Below, in pieces: positions 23,453-35,360 of a DNA stretch of 64,000 nt. Within the stretch, counting starts at the first letter, position 1. Every line of letters starts with the position of its first letter. Source of the DNA: Podarcis filfolensis (lineage: Eukaryota). Under the pieces are notes generated by a model. It was not told where the DNA came from, did not search any database, and worked only from the letters and a program-made list of their open reading frames with translations. The stretch is from assembly GCA_964270895.1 (NCBI GenBank), contig OZ185442.1; one strand, written 5' to 3'. Made by a program: the position numbers and the translations under genes.

Positions 23453-25140
23453 GGGGGGGGGGGAAACAGAGGGAGGGGAAAGTAAAAATGACAAAAATGA
23501 TTTCTCAAACCTTTTTTTTTTTAACCCATTGGGGATTTCTACAGGTTCGTACAAAATCAAAATAAATCTGCAGTTATTCCACCCTCAATCCAGGACAGAA
23601 CAGTTTGCAATCACCAACCAGAGTTTTCCCCCAATGGGTTAAATTCAGGATCTATGAACACTACCGTGGAAAAGACAATGGCGTGTAAATCAGTTAAGAC
23701 TATTTGCATATCACACTTATATGGCTTGTGCTTAATCACGGATAGCTGTGCATGGTTCCATGAGCGGCGAGGAAAACCTAAATGTGTAGCTAATCCCCCA
23801 TGTATCAAGGAAAACATGCCTGCGTCAACTTGCCCAGGGTAAAAGGAATGCACTGAATGCATCGCTTGGCACAGCAGCTTTTCAGAAATGGAGCTGCAAG
23901 AGGCTCCCAGGGAATTTCATTAAGCGGGTGAAGCACACGGACCGCTGGATGTACCACTTTCAAACGCTAAGACATGTGAAAACTACAGAAATCACGTTAC
24001 AAAGAGAGCTGTGTTTAGCTGCTGACATTTACTTCTATTGTGCCCTTTCAATAATGAAGTCATTCAGAATTTTTGTGAAAGAGGAAATTGGGGCACAATA
24101 GATCCACATAGATCTCTGCCCCTGGGCTACAGCAGGAGGTTCCTCTAGAGGGCGCTGTTTCCAAATTCAAACCTGCTGCACTTCAAAAAAAAAACACAAG
24201 GCCTTTGATGATCTTCCATGGAATATTTAGGAAGCAACAGAAAGACACAAGTCCAACGCATGGACTTAATTGCTCATCTGAACTTTCATGGGACCCCCAA
24301 TGTAAAAAGAGAGGAGCAGCAGCAGGAGGAGGAGTGCTTGGTGGGCTTCAGCCTCATTTTATCTTGCAGGTACCACACAGCTATCATTTGTTTTTTTACC
24401 AGATGCAGTTCAAAGTCTTGTTAATGCCACTTACCTGAAATCAACGTACAGTCCAGGCCTTTTCTTCCCCCAACCCCCACACTTAAGAAAAACGCGCTGT
24501 ATTTCTTTAGCGAAATATATACCTTGCCACACATGGCGCCAAAGACCCTTAGGGCAGCTTACAACACAAAAAAATGAATTACAGTTTTGTTTTTAACTGG
24601 ACTATGTACTTTGATTACTTTATGCCAATTCTGGAAGTTAAATTTTAAGAACACAAAAAAGCTGCAGCTGTTACTGATGCATGCATAAAGTAACTGGTTG
24701 CTGGTATTGCCAAGGTTATTGTAAGCAGAATCTGGTAGCAAGTGTGCTTGGTGTGAAGTGTTCCTATGGAGCCAAACCAGAGAGAAGACTGCTGGATTGC
24801 CTTTCTTCCCATCCACCAGATCCATCTCCATTTCAACACTTAGTGAAGACTAAACAGAAGCATTTGTTGGCTAGTTCAGCCGATGCAGACCTACTAACCA
24901 CACTGGGACTACAGCAATGAAGGGAGTCAGAGAACTGCCCTTTCTAATGCAACAGGGACTCGCTTGATGTTTTCAAAAGGGAATTCACTATATATCCATG
25001 GACACAGCTTTAGTTTCTTTCTGTTTTAGTGGTGGGATGCAACAGGAGACATTATTTCAAAGGGCTACTACCCCAGGGATCCAGCGATGGAGAGCTCTCT
25101 CTAGAAAAGCTTTCTTATTTCAGTCATGATGAACACTTGC

Positions 25141-25319
25141 CTCCATTAACTACTCTTTGGTCTGCTCCAGAGTTAGAACTGTAGTCCGATGAGTGAGACC
25201 CAGATCTTGAAATTGGTGGGCCTGAACTGGACTGGCCCATCCTTGGTGAATTCTGCCTTCCAGTTCCCCAGGAAAGAACATCTCTATTCCGCTGTCCAGG
25301 TGGAATGTACTTATTCTCC
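25141..25319 (-). CDS. ATXN2: ATXN2 exon 9 (179 nt), ENKYIPPGQR...DQRVVNGG; GC donor
   Basis: cctcag|GGAG...GGAG|gcaagt; overlaps ORF 25124..25384. Confidence 0.95.
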
Positions 25320-25681
25320 CTGAGGAAAAAAGGGGGGAGGAAGAGAGACGTAAGATGGGACTTCAGCTCTCGGCTTAAAATCACATGTTGCTTTGTTCTT
25401 AAGGGCAGGGAAATGTTTAAATATTCAGGAATAAAAGGGAGCAGGACATGTTTGATATTAGCAATTCACATTAGCTTCAAATTGGGAGAGTTGTCATTAT
25501 TTCTATGCAACAATGACAACAAATTACAGCCCAGAGCCACCAGCAATACTGGACATTGAGACATTTAATGCTAGGTTCTGAAAATAATACTTGGGATCAT
25601 CTCAGTATTGCTGACGTCATTGTCATATGAATCCACTAACACATGTCCAATAAATACAGACATCATAAACAATAAAATGTT

Positions 25682-25903
25682 AAAACAAAAAAATTTTTTC
25701 CTTCCAGTAGCACCTTAAAGACCAACTAAGTTAGTTCTTGGTGTGAGCTTTCGTGTGCATGCACACTTCTTCAGATACACAGAAGTGTGCATGCACACGA
25801 AAGCTCACACCAAGAACTAACTTAGTTGGTCTTTAAGGTGCTACTGGAAGGAAAAATTTTTTTTGTTTTGACTATGGCAGACCAACACGGCTACCTATCT
25901 GTA
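25682..25903. mobile_element. Penelope-like element 3' tail as an inverted duplication (about 89-bp arms, 10-nt loop)
   Basis: 25682-25770 is the near-perfect reverse complement of 25781-25869. Sequence GAAAGCTC...GGTCTTTAAGGTGCTACTGG resembles reptile Penelope termini (recognised from memory). Confidence 0.8.
25740..25780 (-). ncRNA. Minimal type I hammerhead ribozyme motif in a Penelope-like tail, sense to ATXN2 pre-mRNA (intron 8)
   Basis: Minus strand GTGTAT-CTGAAGA-A-GTGTGCATGCACAC-GAAA-GC-TC-ACACC: core boxes CUGANGA and GAAA, palindromic stem II, palindromic AGCT stem III, CUC cleavage triplet. Stem I has one A.C mismatch. Confidence 0.72.
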
Positions 25904-26747
25904 ATAAAATGTTATCGGTACATAGAAAGATGAACAAAGGCATGAGATGCAAACAAATTGTACATGCGTGTATGTGTGTGTGTACCCCCCCACCCCCCCG
26001 CGGAGATGCTAAGAGACTACAGCAAGCTGTCTCCCTAGCTGCTTTGGGGGTCGCCCCTAGTACAGGTCAAATAAATACGCCCCCACCTCCCTGGTTCTCT
26101 TAGATTCAGACAGATGGTTAGGGCAGCTCAGAAGGATCCTCGCACAAATGCGTGTACATGCAACGGTAGAGGCCTGGCCAGAAAGCTTAAAGCCCGCCAC
26201 TGCTACATGAGAGATGGATTGAAGAAAAGGAAATAAGAATTGGCCCTGACCAGTAGCTTGACCAATCACGGCTAGGTAGAGCTGAAACTCGGTTCCAGCA
26301 CCTCTCAGGTGGGTGCCATTGCCATGATAAGAGAACAAGGGAGGCATTCATGGTGAGTTCTGGCACCTTTTTCTAGAAAAGCAGCACTGTATACACATAC
26401 AAATATCTCCACTAATTTAAAATACAGAGAAGCAGTCCAGTCTTACAACTGAACCATTTTAGCTGGGCCCTCATGAAGATTCCACTGCACACACAGAAGA
26501 CTGAGGAACCTTATACAAGTTCAGAGGAAGAACACTCCTTATGTAGGAAAATAACCTTGTAAGATGTAGCAATCCCTTTTCCCCATAAACTGTACAAAGA
26601 TTACAGAGAAGCTATGCTGTCATCCAGAAACTCAATCAACAGATGAACGCCAAACTACTTGGCCTGTAAAAACAATTCAATACCTATTTCTAAAATTATA
26701 GGAAAATGTAGTGATTCCCCACTTCCCCCTGCTGCCCCGTCAGATAC

Positions 26748-26945
26748 CTGGGGGTCACACCATGGCCTTCTCGCTCACTAGCACTTCTCTGAACAGCTGT
26801 GTATTTTTCCTCTTCTGACCGGTCGTCGTTTTCCAAAGCAGCTCGAGCTTTGTACTGAGCGCTAGATTCAATTTCTTCCGCTAACTGGGTTGCTCTGGCT
26901 TCCCTTTTTAAAAATTCTTCGGAATTATCCCTCTCAAGGGGTACC
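26748..26945 (-). CDS. ATXN2: ATXN2 exon 8 (198 nt), VPLERDNSEEFLKREARA...EGHGVTPR (LsmAD)
   Basis: ttttag|GGTACCC...CCAG|gtatct. Confidence 0.97.
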
Positions 26946-27743
26946 CTAAAACAAAGGGGAGAAGGAGAGGTAAAAAAAGGAGATTGGTTTTAAACTCTAG
27001 ATACAAACAAAAAAATTCAATAAGTGACAGTGTTAAGATTGCTGCATCGGAGGAGCCATCTGATGGTGGCATGACGGTTTAATAGCACATCTGCCAGTGA
27101 CTTCCCAACCATAGCTTCCTTCAGGAAATACTGTCTGCACCGTCATCTTCTCTGCAAAGGAACTCCTCTGCCACAGAACCACAGTATTTTACATTTTTTT
27201 TCTTTAAAGCAACTCCCTGGTTAAGAACAAGTTGAATTTGGGATTTGTACCATTTGGGGTAATGAATCTGCACCCTGATCCTGTTCATTTGCTGTCAAGG
27301 GCAAAGCCAATTAATAAAGTATTGGGATAAAATCCAGGGTACACAGAGCACTGCCCAAAGCTTCCCGTTAAGCAGTCAAATTTGTGATATGCTGATTACA
27401 GTAAAATAGGATTCAGATGGCAAAACTGACCTTATTCCAAATGATTCCCTCCCCTATCTGTTGGGTTTTTTATGTTTATACTGGTTAATATGTATCAAGT
27501 GAATGTTGGCAACTGTTTCAACTTTAGAATTCTTTTTTGACTACTATCTCCAAAAAAGAATGAAGTTTGACATGCGTCAGAAACCTGTATCCACCCTTAC
27601 ACATGCAGGGGGGAAGAGAAAATTTAAAGTCCTCCCCCCCAGCCTCTTCCTAGGCAAAGACCCTAGAGGAATATTCTTAATGCTGCAGACTAAATGAAAC
27701 AGGAACAATAAATATAAAAATCACACCACCTATTGTAACTTAC

Positions 27744-27835
27744 GTATATGAAGACAAACTGCTGTCGTAAGTTGACACTACGCCATAGTTTTCTTCATTG
27801 TATCGAAACATGTCATTAGGATCCCATCCATTAGA
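27744..27835 (-). CDS. ATXN2: ATXN2 exon 7 (92 nt), SNGWDPNDMFRYNEENYGVVSTYDSSLSSYT (LsmAD)
   Basis: tctag|TCT...AC|gtaagt. Confidence 0.97.
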
Positions 27836-29108
27836 CTAGAAGGAAAAGAAGCTTGGGATTCACAACAGTTCAAAAGTCATCTAAAGCGCGAGCGGGGGGG
27901 AATCTTGTGTCCCTCCAAACATTGCCGGACTACAACTCCCATCATCCCTGAGCACTGGCTATGCGGAGAACTGGAATCCAACAACCGCTGGACGACCACA
28001 GGTTCCCCATCCCTATTCCTGCGTAAGTATCTGTCAGGGGACCGCCATAGGAACAGGGGAGGGAGGCAGGGGGATACAGAGAGCCTCTGACGCTTCTGAG
28101 AAGCAGCTCCTCGTCCAGCGGTGGGGAAAGCCACACCTCCAGTGGAGCAGAGAGGGAAGGGGGCAGCTAAGCGGGGGGGGGGCGGATTGAAGATGCTACT
28201 GAGAGCCCAAGTGCCTCACCTGGCCTGACTGGCCAGGAAACAGACAAGCCGTTTCTGTTGCCCAGCTTGCGCAGAGGGGTGAAACGTAAGGAGGGGAGGC
28301 GGAGATTTGGGGTGTCTAAGTTCTTATGTTGGGGGAGAAACCGGAAGGGGCCACTCCCGGAATCTGCAAGTGACTAAGATGGACATGAACTTTGTGGTTC
28401 TGAACTGTACAGAGTTTGCACCAATAAAACCTGTAAAAGACAGGTCGGAGTCCTGCCTGGTTACTCGCGAGCAACCATCACCAACACCTGACAGTATCTT
28501 TGCATTTAACAGATATAAATCATAAAGCCTGGAATGTTTTGAACTTCTGGGCCATATTTTACCCAAGAGCTGCTGTGTAAATTATCTGTAGTAAAACAGG
28601 AAGATTATTCACTACATGAAACACACCAATAGTTTGCCTTGCTTTGACTAGTCCTGTATGTGTCAAAAAGAAGAATTACTATTGTAGACACAACACATTT
28701 GGGAAGGTTATTGGAGTCAAGCCACAGAGCTAGGGGGTGCAGGCTATCTCTCAGCAAACTGCTGTACAAAATCTTCTTCATTACATTTTACAGACAACTA
28801 CTGGAGCAGCTGCTTGATTAGAGACTGCAGGACATCGTATTTTGCAGAATAGGAAATCACACCAATAAGGAACAATCACACTAAGGAAAGGCTGCACAAG
28901 CATCCAGAATTTTTATCATATGACATCTATGACATATATGAAATATTTCTGTATGAAAAGGTGAGGTCTTACAGAACCTGTCCCCCAACACAAAAACCTC
29001 AGACACTTCCAGAAGTTAGCACTAAATCTACAAAATTTAATTTAAATGAAGTTCCTTCAACTTTAACGTACAGGGGTTCAGCAAAATCCTGTTTTAACTA
29101 GTTCTCAC

Positions 29109-29655
29109 CAGGGTGGATATAAATCAATGCTTTTAATTTTTTTTAAAAAATGGATTTTTAAAATTCAAAACAGATTTTTAAAATTTAAAATGGATTTTTA
29201 AAATAAAATGCTTTTGGAGGAAAAAATCTTTCTAAAGATAGTTTTCTATTTAAATTACATTATAGTCCAAAGGCTATTCATCAGGAAATAAGGGTTTGTT
29301 TTAAGTTTTTCATGTGTGCTGAAACTCGAAGTTGGTTTTTAAGGAAATTGTTATTAATTGTTATGATTATTTTTCTCCTTCCAATAAAGTACAGCAGAAA
29401 AGTTGTCCAAATATAAACAGTTAAGTTATTGAACCTCACAATAATTACATAATTATCTATGTATTTCTAATAGTATAACCAACTCAGTAATTTTTGATAC
29501 AAGTGTAAAAACTACTCTGAAAATTTATTATTCCAAAAACGAAACCTTCATCTGATCGTAAATATTAAGATTATACCAGCAGGAATGTCTTTCTGAGAAA
29601 AAAAAAGATTTAAATCAAGTCTTACTGACTAGTGACTTAAATCAAATCCACCCTG
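29109..29655. mobile_element. AT-rich non-autonomous hAT element (547 bp)
   Basis: TIR CAGGGTGGAT / ATCCACCCTG with subterminal TAAATCAA repeats; TSD GTTCTCAC / GTTCCCAC. Confidence 0.82.
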
Positions 29656-29835
29656 GTTCCCACTATCCTTAATGTTCTCTTTATAAAAAAATCCCCAGTT
29701 ACAACACTGCCCTAGTAAGGCAGCTCTTTTTGGAACGGTTTGTGCAAAAACAAAAAACGCCATATTGCTTGGATGATTTTCCTTCAAACTACGTGCCCCT
29801 CCTCAAATGCCAACCCAACACAAAGATGTGCTCAC

Positions 29836-29960
29836 AACATCGGTTTCCAAAGCTTCAAGCTCATCTGTAGTAGTGCCTTCTCCACCATCCCAAGGCTCAA
29901 GATCCTTTTCTTTGTGTTCACCGTTAACTTTAGCGCTGATTGCAGAATCTGTAAAAGCAT
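29836..29960 (-). CDS. ATXN2: ATXN2 exon 6 (125 nt), DAFTDSAISAKVNGEHKEKDLEPWD...LETDV
   Basis: tttcag|ATG...GTT|gtgagc. Confidence 0.97.
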
Positions 29961-30790
29961 CTGAAATTGAAAAAATAAAATTAACGCAATGCTAACATCA
30001 GTTCAAGTTAGTTAATATTCTATATACCTTCAAATTCCAAAATCATTTGATTCCATAGAATGAAGGAATAATTGAACAAGATTAGGACAAAACAACAATC
30101 AGTACCCCTTAACAATTCTGTAGAAATTGCTTACGTAACCAACCTTATGGCTTGAAAAACAAACTTTGGAACTGCTTCAGTTACATAAGACTATGTCTAT
30201 GACCAGGAAAGAAGTATGAATCTGGAGCTCATCACCTTAAGTTTGCTTTATTTTACTTCCAATTTAGAGCCAACTCTGCACCCCTAGCGTTGGGCAGAAG
30301 CATCAGTGGCAACACTTGGGAAAGCTGTACAAATCTTATGCATGTCTACTCAGAAATAAGTCCTATTAAGGACAAGTTACACTAGCACAGCTGCTCCACT
30401 AAGGGCTGTACCACCTGATTTCACAGTCTACAACTCTCGGTATCTCACACATGGCAAGGAGAATGAGGCCAGGCACCTGAAGCCCCCCCAAGTTACAAAA
30501 AAAAAGAAGGTAGGGACACACACTCCAAGGGATATTCCTGGCAACCTGGTTACTTAAAAAACAAAAACAAACTGCTTTATCAACACATGGCTACAAACAA
30601 TTCTCATGCAATTGCTTTAGGCTTCATACTGGGTGTAGCAAGAGGCAATATTTATATTTTTAAATAAATGTAAATTACACACAGCTAGAACTGTGACCAC
30701 ACACATTGCACCAAACCCGGAAGTTACCCAAAAATGTCACAAGAAAGGGGTAGGATGTTTGCAGGCTTTTTCAATGGTGTTTCAAATATA

Positions 30791-31049
30791 CCATATATTT
30801 TGCTCTATAAGACTCACTTTTTCCCTCCTAAAAAGTAAGGGGAAATGTGTGTGCGTCTTATGAAGCGAATGCAGGCTGTGCAGCTGTCCCAGAAGCCAGA
30901 ACAGCAAGAGGGATCGCTGCTTTCGCTGCGCGGCGATCCCTCTTGTTGTTCTGGCTTCTGAGATTCAGAATATATTTTTTCTTGTTTTCCTCCTCCAAAA
31001 ACTAGGTGCATCTTATGGTCTGGTGCATCTTATGGAGCGAAAAATACGG
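30791..31049 (+). mobile_element. Same MITE family, copy 2
   Basis: TIRs with TA TSD. Confidence 0.88.
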
Positions 31050-31772
31050 TATACAATTTCACTTAAGCATGTGGTGCCTTGGACGTAATCCCCATGTAAA
31101 TTGGGAGTTGCCTGTATACAAAAATAATCTTGTAACCAATTTCAATCATTTGCAGCCTGCATGATTTCTACTGCCATGAAGCTGTAAGCAAATATAAAAC
31201 ACACGGATTACATACTACTTTTTAAAAGAGAAATATGCAAATTCAAAGTACGGAAATAAAAGACTGCCAAATATATTACCTGCTTCTGAAGGAGTTACAA
31301 CAGACATGGGAAAAGAAAGAAAATAAAAATCAGTCAGAGAGTAGCACAGATGCAAATTCACGTATTTTGCATTCTCTTATCTATCCCTTCACAAACATTT
31401 ATTGTGTCATTTGTGCTTTGAAAACTGACCGCCATGGCCTCAAAAATCTGGGTAAGTTGTTTATTCCTAGACGCACATCCTAATACTCCTTAAATATACT
31501 GTAAATACAAACATGGCTTGGTCAGCTTCAGGGTTTGAATTCTGGTCCAGAAAGTTAACAGCTGCAGCAAAGGTTATTAACTTTTTCGTTTGGTTAGAAG
31601 TTTGGAAAATCAAGCACACCATGATTAAATATCACAAATAAAAGTAGCAGGTAAGGTAACTGCAGTGCCCTAGCAAACTTAGTCAGGAACATGAATGATG
31701 ACTGTGTCACAAGTCATATTCCAGCAAACCCACCAGATACTCCAGGATCTGAAAAAGCCTATTAGTTTGATA

Positions 31773-32137
31773 AAAGGTAAAGGTAAAGGTACCCCTGCCC
31801 GTACGGGCCAGTCTTGACAGACTCTAGGGTTGTGCGCCCATCTCACTTAAGAGGCCAGGGGCCAGCGCTGTCCGAAGACACTTCCGGGTCACGTGGCCAG
31901 CGTGACAAAGCTGCATCTGGCGAGCCAGCGCAGCACACGGAAACGCCATTTACCTTCCCGCCAGTAAGCGGTCCCTATTTATCTACTTGCACCCGGGGGT
32001 GCTTTCGAACTGCTAGGTTGGCAGGCGCTGGGACTGAGCAACGGGAGCGCACCCCGCCGCGGGGATTCGAACCGCTGACCTTTCGATCGGCAAGCCCTAG
32101 GCGCTGAGGCTTTTACCCACAGCGCCACCCGCGTCCC
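31773..32137 (-). mobile_element. Sauria SINE, different subfamily
   Basis: Same head and tail architecture with a diagnostic central difference; TSD ATTAGTTTGATA at 31761-31772 and 32147-32158. Confidence 0.9.
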
Positions 32138-33054
32138 TATTAAATGATTAGTTTGATAGCAGGCACTTATTTCCCCCACCTCATCCCCTCAATCCCTGTA
32201 AGGGGTCGGTGACTAAAATTTGAGGATTTTTTTTTCAGTCTCGGATTAGGCTTTTTTTAAAAAGAGATGTTTTCCAGAGGGAGCCCAGAGTTCTGCAGCA
32301 CAGCTTGAGAGCTGCTGTACATGCACTACTGCTCAACAACCATTCAAATATCTAATATCACAGTGGGCCAAGAAAGCTACCAACATTTTATCTCGCAACG
32401 GGGAGGCAGGAGGCAGTAGCTGAAAATGTGACGAGTTTTCCAAAGTTTGCTGGAAAAACATAAGCAATAATGCAGGAACCATGTAAGCTATTAAAGCAAA
32501 GGACCTTATTAAGATTAGGGCAGCAGTGACATTTTGAGGGTCCATGCCAGGCCACTGACTATTACGACTCAGTTCAGGTAATCTTCCACACTGTGGTACG
32601 GAGGATTTGGGAACAAGCAGCAGCCTCACATGCCGATTCTGTCCTCAGCTTCCTAGTTTTGAGAAATGACGCTTAGAACTACCTCTAAACCAAAGGACCA
32701 ATTCAAAACCATGGCTTGGAGACCATAGTTTTCCCAGTTCAGGGAAACTGCAATGAACTACAACTGGAATAATTCTTCTTGCTGCTGTTTAGGGAAGGAG
32801 GGGGACACATCCAAGTCGATGGTTTAGAAGATTGTCTGAATAGAGACGAAGGCTTTAAAATAATGAATTTGGAACAGAACCCTGAAAAAAGAATGTTCCT
32901 TGTTCTCCTACCATTTCATAACAGGGAGCCTGCAGTACTTGATATACTCTGGGTTGACTGGTAGTGCCATCTTCCAAAATAAAACCCGAACACAAAAATA
33001 TGATAAGCGCTAAAGTGCAGCGCTAAAATTAGTTTACCTGGTGGGTCCCCAAAT

Positions 33055-33090
33055 CACATACATACATACATACATACATACATACATACA
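33055..33090 (+). repeat. (CATA)n microsatellite
   Basis: Direct reading. Confidence 0.95.
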
Positions 33091-35209
33091 CCCTCTCTTG
33101 CTCCCTCCTCCCTTTGTCAAATCTGATCCACTATGGTAGAAGGAATTTAGAGTCATGGGGTGGCTGGTTTTTGATGCAGTAGCAAAATAAGCTTCTTCCT
33201 CATTCCCTGTTCTGGACACTGTTTAGCTACTCTCTGAACAGAACAGTCAGCTGTCCTGCATTTCCTGTTATCAGAAGTGAGTTAGTCATAGCAGAGAAAA
33301 GTGCATCTATAAATGATTAACAGTCAAAAGCTCAGCAAGACCCCCTTGTGATATTACTGTACTCTCAACGCACATACCCCACTCCAGAGAAAAGAAATGG
33401 AGCGCCATGACTTCTTTCAGGGATGCAAACTAAGCTCATGGAATCCTTTAAATCTCACTTAGTCAAGACTGCCAGAATTTAGTTACTCCCTCCTCACCCT
33501 CTGTTTCTGCTCCCTCAGTTATAAACACACATGCTACTGGATCCTCAGGAATTCCTTTGTTCTACAATGGAGCTTCCTGTTAAACCAGTCAGAAAAAACT
33601 CAGGTTACCTAGCTAGCAGACACAGATCTCTCATACTTCCAATATTTAACCTTGGCAAGATTCATCTGTTTTCCTTATAGCACTTGGGAACTCACTAGTT
33701 AAACTAATTTAGCACGTGCACTTTTGAGCTCTTTATCTGTTTGGGGTTGTTGCTGTTTTTGGAAGGTTATTGCCAGTCAACCCAGAGTATATCAAGTAAG
33801 TTGGCTATCTGTTGCAATATACAGTACTAGGAGAACTAGAAGTATTCTTTTTTCCAAATACTTAATATGCTAATACAACAAATGAAGATTGCAAAAGGTC
33901 ATTTTAAACCTTGATGGGGAACCTGTGCCCCCGCCCCCGCCCCAATTTCCTGCAGCATTCTAGACATTGTTGGCCCACTCTTGCTCTCTGGGGCTACCCA
34001 GAGAATTGCTTTGTCTTCCATTGTGTGACAATGAGAGACAGGTGGAGGAGGAGGCGTGGCTGTTGTGACATGGTGAGCCTGGAGGGAAAAGCTTCACAGT
34101 GAGCCACAGGCTGGGGGGGGGATCTCTGAGGGAGAGACAGAGGGGAAAACTGGAGATGGATGGAGTGAGGGAAGGAGCAAAGAAAAAGCCCTCTGCAAGC
34201 AATCAGTTCTAACCTGTACTAATGGAAGGGGAGGTGGACAGAGAAAGCTGAAAGGCAGACACCACAAGCATGATGGAGTAGCAGAGAGACAGAGAGAAAG
34301 CTAAGCAATCCAGCAGTGCTGCAAACTCTGCCTGCTTTCGGCTCTTGCCCTGCCCATGTCTGGCATGCAACACTTGAAAGATTACCCCTGAGGGAATGCA
34401 GCCCTTGACAAGAATAAGGTTCCCCAGCCCTGCTTTTAAACTATTGCTCACAATTCTGGGACATTTAAGACTTCACCACATTTATTCACCTGTTCGGGTG
34501 CCTGCTGCTTTTGTCCTTATAAATCCAGTCTGGCTTTGATCTCCAGCTGAGTCCTCCTGTCAATAAGTTACTATCACTACTTTTCTAAAGACATCCTCCA
34601 AAGAAGAGCCCAAACAGACTTATTTTCTTCCCCACTGGGTTTTGAAAACAGTATCGAAGACAGCTGCCACCAGAATCCGAATGCTTGGATTAAATTGAAA
34701 ATATCGGCCACCCCCACTGTGTGACTCCATAACATGGGGAGAGCTGTAGCTGTTCTGCTGTAACAATGCAGCTACCACAGTTGTCCTTCTCTGCCTGGCA
34801 GATCACAAGAGGCAAGGTGCTTTTGTCAAGTATTGTAGCAGGGAGCAATAAACGGCGCAAGAGGTTAAATCCTTCTGAGTAGTTGCGAAGACTGGGTGCG
34901 CCAAACCTCTGGAGGGTTCAATAGTGGGAAAGCATATGCTCCACGTGTACATTGCCTTGTGGCGAATCTCTGGCAGCTCCAGAGTAAGAAAGCTGGGAAA
35001 TAACTTTCCTCAAAACCCCATAAGAGGAGTTGCTAGTCAGTAGACAGTATGAAGCTATGTGGACTAAGACTCCAATGCCACAGAAGGCAGCTCCTTCTAT
35101 CCTAACCCCTTCCTCCCACAAAGAAACACACGCCAAGCTAAGCCTTTAGGAACATTTTTCAAAAGAGAAGCTAGTTTCATAAACCATTCTAACATATAGA
35201 AACAGGTAC

Positions 35210-35360
35210 CTTTCCGTGCATAACTGGAATCCATGTCTTTGAACTGCACCATCACAAAATCCGAAGACTTGAACAAGATACTCTCTATAATGTCTTCTCG
35301 TTTTGGACCCGGGCTGGATTCTGCAGTCTTTCGATGAGCTGCATCAAGCACTAAATCACA
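35210..35360 (-). CDS. ATXN2: ATXN2 exon 5 (151 nt), CDLVLDAAHRK...DMDSSYARK (Lsm)
   Basis: ttttag|TGT...AAAG|gtacct; overlaps ORF 35097..35351. Confidence 0.97.

Noticed and set aside
24645-24763. Possible cryptic terminal exon in intron 9 (acceptor CTCCATAG at 24765-24764, open in phase 1 to TAA at 24645)
   Set aside because: Mediocre pyrimidine tract, no known homology, and no conservation or expression evidence available; such chance acceptors are common.
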